Assembly (NCBI GenBank): GCA_050108095.1
Contig: JBNIDO010000004.1
Location: forward strand, 6,469 to 70,468
From: Candidatus Bathyarchaeia archaeon
GTDB lineage: Archaea; Thermoproteota; Bathyarchaeia; Bathyarchaeales; Bathycorpusculaceae
DNA: 64,000 nucleotides
Reading direction: 5' to 3'
Made by a program: the position numbers and the translations under genes. Position 1 is the first letter of the stretch. Each line of letters starts with the position of its first letter. Positions 18,853 through 28,161 of this stretch are shown here, in pieces. Below the pieces are notes generated by a model. That model saw only the letters and a program-made list of their open reading frames with translations, had not been told where the DNA came from and did no database searches.

Positions 18853-20817
18853 ATGGGTACTTGTGAAGAGAAACCAAAAAAAGAAGCAGTAGTCCTCGGC
18901 GAAGAAGAAAACACGCGATTACTAGTAGGTTTCGCCGTTTGGTTATTCATAACCATGATAGTCGCTGGGTTGCTGGACCTGTTCTTCGGCGGAATCCCGC
19001 TTGGCATCACAGTTTCGCTTAACAACGTCCCTATAACAGTATCCCTGATTCTTTACTACACTGCAATTCTGGTGGTCGCCATCTACATAGGCGTAGTGGG
19101 AATAAAAGAACTCGTTGTTGAGCGCCGTTTCAGCGTCGAGTTTCTGATGGCTGTTGCAGGTTTAGGAGCGCTGTTTTTGGATTACCGCTTTGAAGCCGCT
19201 ACCGTGCTCTTTCTCTACTGCATAGCTGAGTACCTCGAAGGCTACATTCAGCAACGTGCCAAACGTACTGTCGAGAAAATTTCCAAAGTCATTCCTGAGC
19301 GGGCAAGGGTTTTGGCGGAAGGCAAAGAGGAAACCGTCAACGTAAGCGAAGTAGACAATGGCACAGTTATTCTTGTCAAGCCGGGCGAACGCATTCCCCT
19401 AGACGGCAATGTGGTTGAAGGATTCAGCCATGTGGACCAAGCGTTGATGACTGGTGAGTCGGTGCCTGTGCCCAAAAAAGTCAACGACTGCGTCTTCGCA
19501 GGCACCCTGAACACCGGCGGCGTCCTAAAAATCATAGTCACCAAAAAATCCACCGAAACCCTCGTATCCCGCATCGTCCAACTCGTCATCGAATCCCAAA
19601 AACGCAAAGCCTCCATAGAACGGCTCGTAGACCGCTTCGCAAGGTTCTACGTGCCCATCGTAGTTTTGCTGGCGGTTTTCACGGCGGTGGGGCTGCCCCT
19701 GATTCTTAACCAGTCCTTTGACACCTGGTTCTACCGTTCACTTATCTTGCTGGTGGTTTCTTGCCCCAGCGCCTTTATCATTTCAGTTCCCGCTACCATT
19801 TTCGTCGCCATAACCGTTGCGGCAAAGCGGGGGGTCGTCATCAAAGGCGGCATGTTTGTGGAGAAACTTGCCAAAGTGAAACAGGTGGTTTTCGACAAAA
19901 CCGGCACGTTAACGCTTGGGCGACAAGCTGTACATGAGGTGCGTCGTGTTGACCTTAACCGTGCAGAGGACGAAGCAGTTTCTTACGCTGCCGCTCTGGA
20001 CCAATTCAGCAACCACCCCATTGCACAGGCGATTGTGCGCCGAGCCGTCGAACGCGGCATCGATTTAAGCAAGTTAAAGGTGACTGATGTGGTGGAGGTT
20101 CCAGGCAAAGGCATAGTGGGGCTCGTCAACGATAAACACGTGGCAATTGGGAACTCGGAGTTTATGCGGGAGCTGGGCTGCGACTGCGCCGAAGCCTTCG
20201 AAATCACATCTGGCGACATCCACACAACCGTTTGTATCTCAGTGGGCAAAACTGGGTTGGCGTCGGTGTGCGTGGTGGACGAAGTCCGTGAAGATGCGCT
20301 TTCAGCGATTCGGCAACTCAAAAAACAAAACATCAAAACCTCGATTCTTACAGGTGACAAGGAATCCATCGCCAAAGACACTGCCCAATCCCTCGGCATA
20401 GACGAGGTGCATGCGGATTTACTGCCTGAGGATAAACTGGACTGCATTGAGGGTATGAAGGGCAAGGATGGTTTAGTGGCGATGGTGGGCGACGGCGTCA
20501 ATGATGCACCTGCATTGGCCACTTCAGACGTGGGCATCGCCATGGGGGCACGGGGCGTCGACATCGCTTTGGAATCCGCCGATGTGGTGCTCGTGCGCGA
20601 CGAACTTAGGGCTGTTCCTTACTTAATTGACCTTAGCAGCAAAGCCATGGTTATAGCCAAACAGAACATCGCAGGGTCGCTGGCGATCAAATTTGTGTTG
20701 GGTGCACTGGGTTTGTTGGGGTTGACGCCGCTGTGGTTTACGGTGGCGGCAGGCGACGACGGCTTAACCATGCTGCTACTGCTTAATACGCTGCGGCTGG
20801 AGCGAATCAAAACATAG
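18853..20817 (+). CDS. Heavy-metal P1B-type ATPase (ZntA/CadA-like), no N-terminal HMA domain
   Basis: TGES, SCPS, DKTGT, SNHP, GDGVNDAPAL, TM5 K, TM6 DDG..LN.LRL. Confidence 0.93.
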   Translation: MGTCEEKPKKEAVVLGEEENTRLLVGFAVWLFITMIVAGLLDLFFGGIPLGITVSLNNVPITVSLILYYTAILVVAIYIGVVGIKELVVERRFSVEFLMAVAGLGALFLDYRFEAATVLFLYCIAEYLEGYIQQRAKRTVEKISKVIPERARVLAEGKEETVNVSEVDNGTVILVKPGERIPLDGNVVEGFSHVDQALMTGESVPVPKKVNDCVFAGTLNTGGVLKIIVTKKSTETLVSRIVQLVIESQKRKASIERLVDRFARFYVPIVVLLAVFTAVGLPLILNQSFDTWFYRSLILLVVSCPSAFIISVPATIFVAITVAAKRGVVIKGGMFVEKLAKVKQVVFDKTGTLTLGRQAVHEVRRVDLNRAEDEAVSYAAALDQFSNHPIAQAIVRRAVERGIDLSKLKVTDVVEVPGKGIVGLVNDKHVAIGNSEFMRELGCDCAEAFEITSGDIHTTVCISVGKTGLASVCVVDEVREDALSAIRQLKKQNIKTSILTGDKESIAKDTAQSLGIDEVHADLLPEDKLDCIEGMKGKDGLVAMVGDGVNDAPALATSDVGIAMGARGVDIALESADVVLVRDELRAVPYLIDLSSKAMVIAKQNIAGSLAIKFVLGALGLLGLTPLWFTVAAGDDGLTMLLLLNTLRLERIKT

Positions 20818-20910
20818 CAACGGAGTAAATTTTTGCCAGTTTCCCTCTTCGCATATCACTATAATAACAGCAGGAAACGAAAAGTAGAGCTGCTAACTGT
20901 CTTCGTATTT

Positions 20911-21936
20911 TTATGTCGTTGAAGTCATAGATGGCGTCTGAATTTTTAGAAGATGCCGGATAATTGTTTCGCCTATGCGATCGTGTAGCCAGTGAGCACC
21001 TGTTGGTATTTTAATAAAATAAAACTCTGCTCTACTTATGTCGGGTATAGCTAAAATTCTATCTTTCACGATAAAAAAATCTTCAAAATTTGAGACGACG
21101 ACCGCCACTCTTAGATCATAAGCTCCGCCGACGTATTTAGCAAGGAAAGTTGTATTAGGAATTTCAAGCAGTTGTGCTTCAACGCTGGGTAGTGTGCTTC
21201 GGTGGGTGACTCTTATGTAAATATCCGCGTTCGCCTTATAACCTAATTTTGAAGTATCAATGATCGTTGTAGAAAGTGTCCAAAGATTTCTTGCTTTAAG
21301 ACTATGGTACCTCTGTATTATTGAGGAAACCGCAGCATTTAGGTTGTTGGCTATTTCTTTAAAGGGAGTCCTTGAATTGTCATTTAGGGCTCTTATAATA
21401 TGCAAGTCAGTTTCATCCAACACGTTAGGTTCAGGTTTCTCTTGCGATATAGCTCTCCTTGAAGTAGTTTCGAGTTTATCAGTAGGTTTAATCAAAAGAT
21501 TCTCGGGATGCCATGGGCTATTCCAAAGGTCTGAGAAAATCAAGACATCTAAGCTTTTTACATATGGTCTTATGTCTATTCGCTGAATTAATCCGTTCAA
21601 ATCCTCTATCTTCTTAGCGAACAAGTTTCCGTAAATATCGTATTTGCCAAGAGAGATTATTCCTCCCAAAAAATTGCCTTTTTTCTCTAACGCTTCTTTT
21701 ACTCCTTTTTTGTCTGCTAGTTCGGTAAGTATCCCTGCCTCCGCTATACTCTCGTACCCGACGCTTAACGGGTTGAGATGCATTTGATGGCCTAGAATAA
21801 TCCCTTCTTCTCTTAATCTGGAGTACCTTCTTATGACTGCTGTTGGGGAAATTCCGCATTTTTCTGCGAGTTCTGTAAAACTCATTCGAGAATGCACCAA
21901 TAGATTCTTCAGAATTAAAGAGTCATTTTCATCCAG
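20911..21936 (-). CDS. Tandem-duplicated Lrp/AsnC regulator; 5' end lacks a canonical in-frame start
   Basis: Two HTH+RAM units (LDENDSLILKNL..SFTELAEKCGISPTAV; LDETDLHIIRAL..PFKEIANNL); first helix lies upstream of TTG 21900. Confidence 0.8.
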   Translation of the reverse strand: MDENDSLILKNLLVHSRMSFTELAEKCGISPTAVIRRYSRLREEGIILGHQMHLNPLSVGYESIAEAGILTELADKKGVKEALEKKGNFLGGIISLGKYDIYGNLFAKKIEDLNGLIQRIDIRPYVKSLDVLIFSDLWNSPWHPENLLIKPTDKLETTSRRAISQEKPEPNVLDETDLHIIRALNDNSRTPFKEIANNLNAAVSSIIQRYHSLKARNLWTLSTTIIDTSKLGYKANADIYIRVTHRSTLPSVEAQLLEIPNTTFLAKYVGGAYDLRVAVVVSNFEDFFIVKDRILAIPDISRAEFYFIKIPTGAHWLHDRIGETIIRHLLKIQTPSMTSTT

Positions 21937-22140
21937 AGGTTTCGTTTTTTTATCGCCGTCTTGATGACGAAACGATTTCCCGTACTAATATCTTTATGGG
22001 TCATATATGCTTTGTATTTTTTAAACTAAAAAACGTAATTATTGTTTATTATTTTCTGTATAAATCATTATTGTAGAAATTATTAAATACTAGTTGCAAA
22101 GAAATAACGAGCCACAACTATTAAGGAGAAAATAAAAAAC

Positions 22141-24783
22141 TTGAAACTATCTAAAAAGAAAATGATTGCTATCGCAATTGCTATGATTCTGACAATATCT
22201 ATAGGAACAGTCGCAACATTCTTGCCAACAGCTTTAGCACATGATCCTCCAATTGAGTGGCCAACTTATGCGTTGATTTCCGTTGCGCCTAACCCAGTCG
22301 GTGTAGGGCAACAAGCGAATGTCTTCTTGATGCTCACTAACTACTATTTTGAATCACAGTACGGGACAGACAATCTTAGGTTCCATAACTACAAGCTTAC
22401 TATTACTGCACCTAACGGTGAGGTCACTACTCAGACTTTTGACACCATTCGAGACACAACAGCAGCTCAGCTTGCAACGTTTACTCCAGACCAAGTCGGC
22501 ACCTACAATTTAACTTTCACCTACCCAGGAGAAGACTACGCTTCAGACGCAGGCAATGCCTACGTAGGTGACAGTTACCTGCCAAGCAGTGCATCAACTA
22601 CTCTGACTGTACAAGAAGACCCTATACCTGACGCAATAACCAGCTATCCACTGCCTTCTGAATACTGGACACGACCAATCTATGGCGAAAACACTGATTG
22701 GTGGAGCATCTCATCGAACTGGCTAGGCACTGGCGCACCCAACTATGGTGGCTATGCTTCTTCTGGTTCAGCACAGATGGGCTTCATGGGTGGCGAGGCA
22801 ATGTTCCCAGGCGATGCTATCGGTTCTCAGACTAGCCACGTTATGTGGACTAAAGCTCTGCAAGCCGGTGGTGTGGTCGGCGGCGATAACCTTGCCATTC
22901 AGGGCAATACATACTTTGACGGCTCAGCTTACATCATCAGATACGACAACCCCATAATACTTAATGGCAAAATCTACTACAAGGAACCAATAAACTTCGG
23001 ATATAGCAACAATGCTGGGCACGGACCACTAGCGTGCGTCGATTTACGTACAGGCGAAGTACTCTGGGAAAAAGACATACCTACGCTGTCTTTCGGTTAT
23101 ATGATGAACGTACAAACACAAAATGAACACGGCGTTTGCCAACCAATTCTGTATGCTAAAAGCGGCACTACTTGGCTTGGTTACGATGCGGACACAGGAG
23201 CAAGTCTAGTTAACATAACTAATGTTCCATCCGGTGCAAAGGCTATGGGTCCAGACGGCGAATACTTACAATATGTCTTGGCTAATGCAGGCAATGCTGA
23301 AGTTCCTGATTGGCGTTTATGTCAGTGGAACTTAACTAAAGTCTTCATGCCAGGTACTACTGCGGCACCTAAATTCGGGACTTTGGACGGAGGCGCATCT
23401 ACGAGCTATGACTGGAACATTTCGGTATCTTGGCTGAACACAATGCCGACAAAAACAGCGGGAACTAACCCTGCAAATATAGTCCTATCTGAATACGGAG
23501 ACGGTATCTTATGCTACAACGGTACACTGCCTTCAAACGGTGAAAACAGATTATTCTCTACAATAAGCCAATCTCCATACACGTACTTCTTTGTCAACCT
23601 CGACTCCTCTAAAGGTGCAGTCGGTTCAGTATCATGGTGGAAGACACTTCAGCCTCCAGCAAACAACTACACTGTTGTCCAAGCCGGAGTTGACTGGGAA
23701 AACCGTGTTTTCCTTCAATCGCTAAAAGAAGGCATCATATGGGTAGCCTACAGCTTAGATTCCGGTGAAAAACTCTGGCAATCTGAACCTCAAGCAGCAT
23801 TTGACTACTACGGCAGCCCTAGCGCAGGCATATTATCTGGCCAAGTTGCTTACGGCAGACTCTACAGCATGGCAATGGCGGGCATACTATACTGCTATGA
23901 TATGAAATCAGGTGATCTACTCTGGACTTATGGTAACGGCGGTGAAGGCAACAGCACAAATAGCGGTTTGAACTGGCCATACGGCAACATCCCAACATTC
24001 GTCAACGCAATCGGCAACGACGTAGTCTACTTAGTTACAAGTGAACATACTTGGACATCTCCGATCTATAAAGGCGGCTTAGCACGTGCAGTTAATGCAA
24101 CTGACGGCACAGAAATCTGGACCATCTCATCAGCTACCATGGAATTCGGCAGCACAAGCTATGCTATCGCTGACGGCTTCTCAACTTGGTTTAACAGTTA
24201 TGACAGTTCAGTCTATGTGGTTGGCAGAGGTGCAAGCAGAACTACTGTAACAGCCCCCGATTTGGGCGCAGCACCCGGACAAAGCATCGTCATCAGAGGC
24301 ACAGTCACTGACTTATCTAGCGGTACCACACAGGATGAGCAAGCAGCAAGATTCCCCGACGGTGTTGCATGTGTTTCAGATGATAGCATGAAAGACTGGA
24401 TGGGCTACGTCTACCAGCAGAAACCCATACCCGCAAATGCTAGTGGTGTCACAGTGACTCTATCAGTTGTTGACTCAAACGGCAACTACCGCAACATCGG
24501 CGAAACACAAACTGACCTAACAGGCGCATACAGCTACCGATGGATCCCAGACATTTCAGGCCAATACCTACTATACGCATCATTCGCTGGAACCAACGGC
24601 TACTGGCCATCATCAGCAGAAACCAGCTTTGCAGTCGACGAACCCGCACCCACAGAACCTACACCACAACCACAAACAAACGTAGCAACAACATCCGATT
24701 TACTGACGTATGTCGGCGCAGCCATAGCTATCAACATCATCCTCATGGCAATCATAGCATTCTTAGTGCTGAAAAAACGGTGA
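22141..24783 (+). CDS. PQQ-like beta-propeller cell-surface protein (paralog 2), C-terminal TM anchor
   Basis: APNPVGVG, YWTRPI, CVDLRTGEVLW, LYCYDMKSGDLLW; AAGGAGA SD; TM plus KKR. Confidence 0.85.
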   Translation: MKLSKKKMIAIAIAMILTISIGTVATFLPTALAHDPPIEWPTYALISVAPNPVGVGQQANVFLMLTNYYFESQYGTDNLRFHNYKLTITAPNGEVTTQTFDTIRDTTAAQLATFTPDQVGTYNLTFTYPGEDYASDAGNAYVGDSYLPSSASTTLTVQEDPIPDAITSYPLPSEYWTRPIYGENTDWWSISSNWLGTGAPNYGGYASSGSAQMGFMGGEAMFPGDAIGSQTSHVMWTKALQAGGVVGGDNLAIQGNTYFDGSAYIIRYDNPIILNGKIYYKEPINFGYSNNAGHGPLACVDLRTGEVLWEKDIPTLSFGYMMNVQTQNEHGVCQPILYAKSGTTWLGYDADTGASLVNITNVPSGAKAMGPDGEYLQYVLANAGNAEVPDWRLCQWNLTKVFMPGTTAAPKFGTLDGGASTSYDWNISVSWLNTMPTKTAGTNPANIVLSEYGDGILCYNGTLPSNGENRLFSTISQSPYTYFFVNLDSSKGAVGSVSWWKTLQPPANNYTVVQAGVDWENRVFLQSLKEGIIWVAYSLDSGEKLWQSEPQAAFDYYGSPSAGILSGQVAYGRLYSMAMAGILYCYDMKSGDLLWTYGNGGEGNSTNSGLNWPYGNIPTFVNAIGNDVVYLVTSEHTWTSPIYKGGLARAVNATDGTEIWTISSATMEFGSTSYAIADGFSTWFNSYDSSVYVVGRGASRTTVTAPDLGAAPGQSIVIRGTVTDLSSGTTQDEQAARFPDGVACVSDDSMKDWMGYVYQQKPIPANASGVTVTLSVVDSNGNYRNIGETQTDLTGAYSYRWIPDISGQYLLYASFAGTNGYWPSSAETSFAVDEPAPTEPTPQPQTNVATTSDLLTYVGAAIAINIILMAIIAFLVLKKR

Positions 24784-24850
24784 TAAAACAAAAAAATCAA
24801 TTTTCCCTTTTCCCTTTTTTTGGGAACAATAAATGCATTGGCAAAAATGT

Positions 24851-24956
24851 GGCTGAGTGGGCTCTGGATAATGATATTGCAGTCGCGGTTGAAGAATGGT
24901 TAGTTGCATTTTCCATTCTTTTCTTCCTTTATTGGTTCCAGAGCCCCAGCAAACCC
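24851..24956. ncRNA. Putative structured non-coding element, copy B, 3' of propeller gene 2
   Basis: GCTG-AGT-GGGCTCTGGA/TCCAGAGCCC-CAGC outer stem; AAGAATGG/CCATTCTT inner stem; homologous to 9984-10090. Confidence 0.6.
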
Positions 24957-25086
24957 CTAAAGCAATACGGCTCAGAAACACCTGCTGTTTTAACTTTAAA
25001 CTTAATGTAGCAAATCGGCTGTATCCTCTTTAATCCTGCAGGGACAATTAACAAAAATTAAATACGGTAAAGGCGACTTCTTAACG

Positions 25087-26061
25087 ATGAAACGACTCTA
25101 CTTGTGCATAGCATTAATCTGCATCATAGCAGCACCAAGCTTAGCATTATTCGCTTATTTGTACACAGGCAATGGCGGGCAGGAAGATGAGCCGTTTTTA
25201 CCCCAAAGAGAAAGCGCAATTCCAAGCAGCGCAGTTAAAATTACACCCCAGACCGACACCAATCCTCCAAAATCGCTTTCACCACAATACTACGACCCAA
25301 TCCCCGTGGAAGGGCCAGTTAACACTGCAGGCGCAGAGGACTCAGCCTTTATTCTCTCTAACGGTTTAACACTTTACTTCTTTTTCACACCTGACATGAA
25401 CGTTCCCGTGGAAACTCAAGTCTTAGACCCCACAGTCGGCATCTACGTTTCTTACAAAGTCAATGGTTCTTGGACAGAACCAGAACGAGTGCTGCTGCAA
25501 GATAGCGGAAAACTTGCGTTAGACGGCTGCGAAGTAATCCAAGACAACATGATCTATTTCTGCTCAGCACGGGAAGGCTACACTGGGCTTCACTGGTTTA
25601 AAGCAGAGTTTGTTGATGGGAAATGGCAAAACTGGGTAAACATCGACAGCTTCCTGAAATACTCAGAGTATGAGGTAGGCGAACTCTACATTACAGGTGA
25701 TTGCAGCGAATTGTATTTTCACTCAAACCGGACTGGCGGCGTCGGAGGCTTGGATATTTGGGTTTGCCACAAAATGGGCGAAGAATGGTCTAGTCCCCAA
25801 AACGTGCTTGCAATCAATTCACCGAACGATGAAGGCTGGCCTGCTTTAAGCCCAGATGGAAACGAGCTGTGGTTTACCAGAGACTACGCTGTCTGGCAAT
25901 CCGTTAAGGTTGGTGGTGAGTGGCAGGCTCCGGAGAAGGTGTTCTCGCCGCTTGCCGGTGAACCATCCGTAGACGATTCTGGGAACGTGTATTTTACGCA
26001 TCATTTTTTGGTTAATGAGACCCTTGTTGAAGCGGACATTTATGTAGCTTACAAACGCTAA
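25087..26061 (+). CDS. Membrane-anchored PD40/TolB-like beta-propeller protein
   Basis: N-terminal TM; ELYFHSNRTGGVGGLDIW, INSPNDEGWPALSPDGNELWF. Confidence 0.8.
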   Translation: MKRLYLCIALICIIAAPSLALFAYLYTGNGGQEDEPFLPQRESAIPSSAVKITPQTDTNPPKSLSPQYYDPIPVEGPVNTAGAEDSAFILSNGLTLYFFFTPDMNVPVETQVLDPTVGIYVSYKVNGSWTEPERVLLQDSGKLALDGCEVIQDNMIYFCSAREGYTGLHWFKAEFVDGKWQNWVNIDSFLKYSEYEVGELYITGDCSELYFHSNRTGGVGGLDIWVCHKMGEEWSSPQNVLAINSPNDEGWPALSPDGNELWFTRDYAVWQSVKVGGEWQAPEKVFSPLAGEPSVDDSGNVYFTHHFLVNETLVEADIYVAYKR

Positions 26062-26124
26062 TTTGTTTGACCCCTAGGCAAGTCTTATATAACCAACCAC
26101 TAAAATAGAATACCTTTTAGGAGA

Positions 26125-26607
26125 ATGAGGAGAAAAAAAATGATAACAGCGAAGAGCATAATTGAATTAATCGAAAGAGAGAAACTCATAGTTTATTTTG
26201 TTTTGTTGTGGGCTGGTTCCTTCTTTTTCTACAGCCTAGGTTCGACGATCTACTATTTCGGACACCTTACTACTGCTTCATATGGCATTGCAGGGTTTAG
26301 CAATTTGTTGGAGATGTTTGCAGGTGTCATGCTTGGACTGCTCGGATTCACATTGTTGTTCAATGGCTTCAAACTACCGATAACAAAAGAACGACTGCTG
26401 GTTTTCTTTTTGCTACTATGGGCGGCGTCATTCTTTTTCTGGGGCATCTATGCATTCATCGACATCGGACCCATGACTGCTGAAAATGTCCCCTACATCT
26501 TAGGAGGAGTATTTGATTTAATAGCTGGTGCTGTGCTCGCGTTCTTTAGCTTGAAGCTAATGGGTGTTAGCACCACACGCTCTAATCTTCCTCCTCCACC
26601 ACCATAA
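26125..26607 (+). CDS. Membrane protein with internal two-fold repeat
   Basis: REKLIVYFVLLWAGSFFF / KERLLVFFLLLWAASFFF. Confidence 0.75.
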   Translation: MRRKKMITAKSIIELIEREKLIVYFVLLWAGSFFFYSLGSTIYYFGHLTTASYGIAGFSNLLEMFAGVMLGLLGFTLLFNGFKLPITKERLLVFFLLLWAASFFFWGIYAFIDIGPMTAENVPYILGGVFDLIAGAVLAFFSLKLMGVSTTRSNLPPPPP

Positions 26608-26745
26608 AGCAATAATTTCTCTCTCCTTTTTTGTTTCTGGTTATGAATCAGTCGGGGACGTTGTCGCTGCGCTCGTTAAGAAGCGACCCGAACTGTGTCA
26701 ATTACTCATGTGAAGATATGAAATGTTAATATTAGCTGGTTCTCC

Positions 26746-27234
26746 ATGTTAATGGTTATGCCCAAACCGTCAAACTCAAAGCCCAAGCCAAAAGCCAAGC
26801 CCAAAGGCAAGGTTAAGCCTGAGCCAGAAGCAGCCAGCATTACCGCCAACCCGACCTACTGGGTGGTGCTCACGGTAGTGTTTGCGGTTGTGTCAGCGGC
26901 TTTTAGTGGCATACTCGGTTTTAACTTAGTTAGGGCTGTAGTGGTGATTGCTACGGTGGCGGTGTTGATTGCCGCAGTGGGTTTCATCAGGGTTAGTCCT
27001 TCCAAGCTGTCACTTGGCAAGCGAGCAACATTTGTCTTTGTGGGTGCATCGGTGATTGGTTTTGGAATTTGGGCAGCGCTTGCATTGGCACTTATGCCGC
27101 AGTTGGTGGCGCTTGACGACCAATTCTACGTCGTCGCTAGCCTAGCGATTTGCTTAGCGGTGGGTGCAGTGGTGGGTGAGTTGATTAGTCGAATTCGGCA
27201 ATTGCAGGAGCGACTTTTCCCCCAGAACCTTTAA
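26746..27234 (+). CDS. Hypothetical membrane protein (4 TM, Lys/Pro-rich N-terminus)
   Basis: 162-aa hydrophobic ORF. Confidence 0.7.
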   Translation: MLMVMPKPSNSKPKPKAKPKGKVKPEPEAASITANPTYWVVLTVVFAVVSAAFSGILGFNLVRAVVVIATVAVLIAAVGFIRVSPSKLSLGKRATFVFVGASVIGFGIWAALALALMPQLVALDDQFYVVASLAICLAVGAVVGELISRIRQLQERLFPQNL

Positions 27235-27282
27235 GAGCAGAAACCCTCAGCATGTTCTAAGCGAGTTCAAAGGTAATCCCAA

Positions 27283-28161
27283 TTGAAATTCGGCATCATG
27301 ACCCGTAACCCCGAAGCCTGGAGCAGCACACAAGTCCGTCTGGCGCTCGACAAACGCGGTATCCCCTACGAATGTTTCACTTTCCCACGCCTCGTTGCGC
27401 GGCTTGCATACAAGCCTTATTTCAAAGTAAACGGCACAAGCATACTCGACGACCTAGATGCGCTTATCATCCGCCCCATCGGACGCGGCAGCCTCGAAGA
27501 GTTGGTGTTCCGCATGGACATGCTCTACAAGCTCGAGCGGCAAGGCTTCTATATGGTTAATCCGCCTACGGCGATTGAACACTGCGTCGACAAATACGAC
27601 ATACTTGCATTGCTCGAAGACGTCGGCGTTCCCGTGCCCCGAACCTTAGCCACGGAAAGCGTTAACGAAGCCATAAAAGCCTTCCATGAACTCGGCGGCG
27701 ACGTAGTCGTCAAACCGATCTTTGGCAGCCGCGGACAAGGTGCCACGCGCGTCAACGACATCGACATAGCCGACACCGTGTTTAAAGCCATCACCTTCCA
27801 CCATGGCGTCATTTACATGCAGGAATTCGTCGAACACGGGTTCAGCGATATCCGCGCCTTTGTATTGGGCGACCAAGTTATCGCGTCTATGCGCCGTGTA
27901 GCACAGGGCTGGAAGACTAATTATAGCCGAGGAGCTCACCCTGCCCCCACAGAAATTAGCGATGATTTCAAAGAGTTAGCCGTCAAAGCTGCCATGGCTG
28001 TGGGTTGCAAAGTTGCAGGCGTAGACATCCTTGAGGGTCCAAATGGTCCCCGTATCGTGGATGTGAACAGTCAGCCGGGTTGGAAGGGCTTGCAGGCGGT
28101 CACTAAGGTCGATGTCGCCGGCGAAATCGTTCAGTTTATGCTAAAAGAGTTCAAGCGTTAA
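27283..28161 (+). CDS. RimK-family ATP-grasp ligase, MptN-like (tetrahydromethanopterin:glutamate ligase-like)
   Basis: IIRPIGRGSLEE, VVVKPIFGSRGQG, YMQEFV, DIRAFV, AGVDIL, DVNSQPGW. Confidence 0.85.
   Translation: MKFGIMTRNPEAWSSTQVRLALDKRGIPYECFTFPRLVARLAYKPYFKVNGTSILDDLDALIIRPIGRGSLEELVFRMDMLYKLERQGFYMVNPPTAIEHCVDKYDILALLEDVGVPVPRTLATESVNEAIKAFHELGGDVVVKPIFGSRGQGATRVNDIDIADTVFKAITFHHGVIYMQEFVEHGFSDIRAFVLGDQVIASMRRVAQGWKTNYSRGAHPAPTEISDDFKELAVKAAMAVGCKVAGVDILEGPNGPRIVDVNSQPGWKGLQAVTKVDVAGEIVQFMLKEFKR

Noticed and set aside
7405-24783. Diversity-generating retroelement acting on the propeller paralogs
   Set aside because: No reverse transcriptase and no template/variable repeat pair differing at adenines was seen.
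24540-25010. 156-aa ORF overlapping propeller gene 2 and the structured element
   Set aside because: It overlaps a real gene in another frame, and the homologous frame in copy A has an early TAA.
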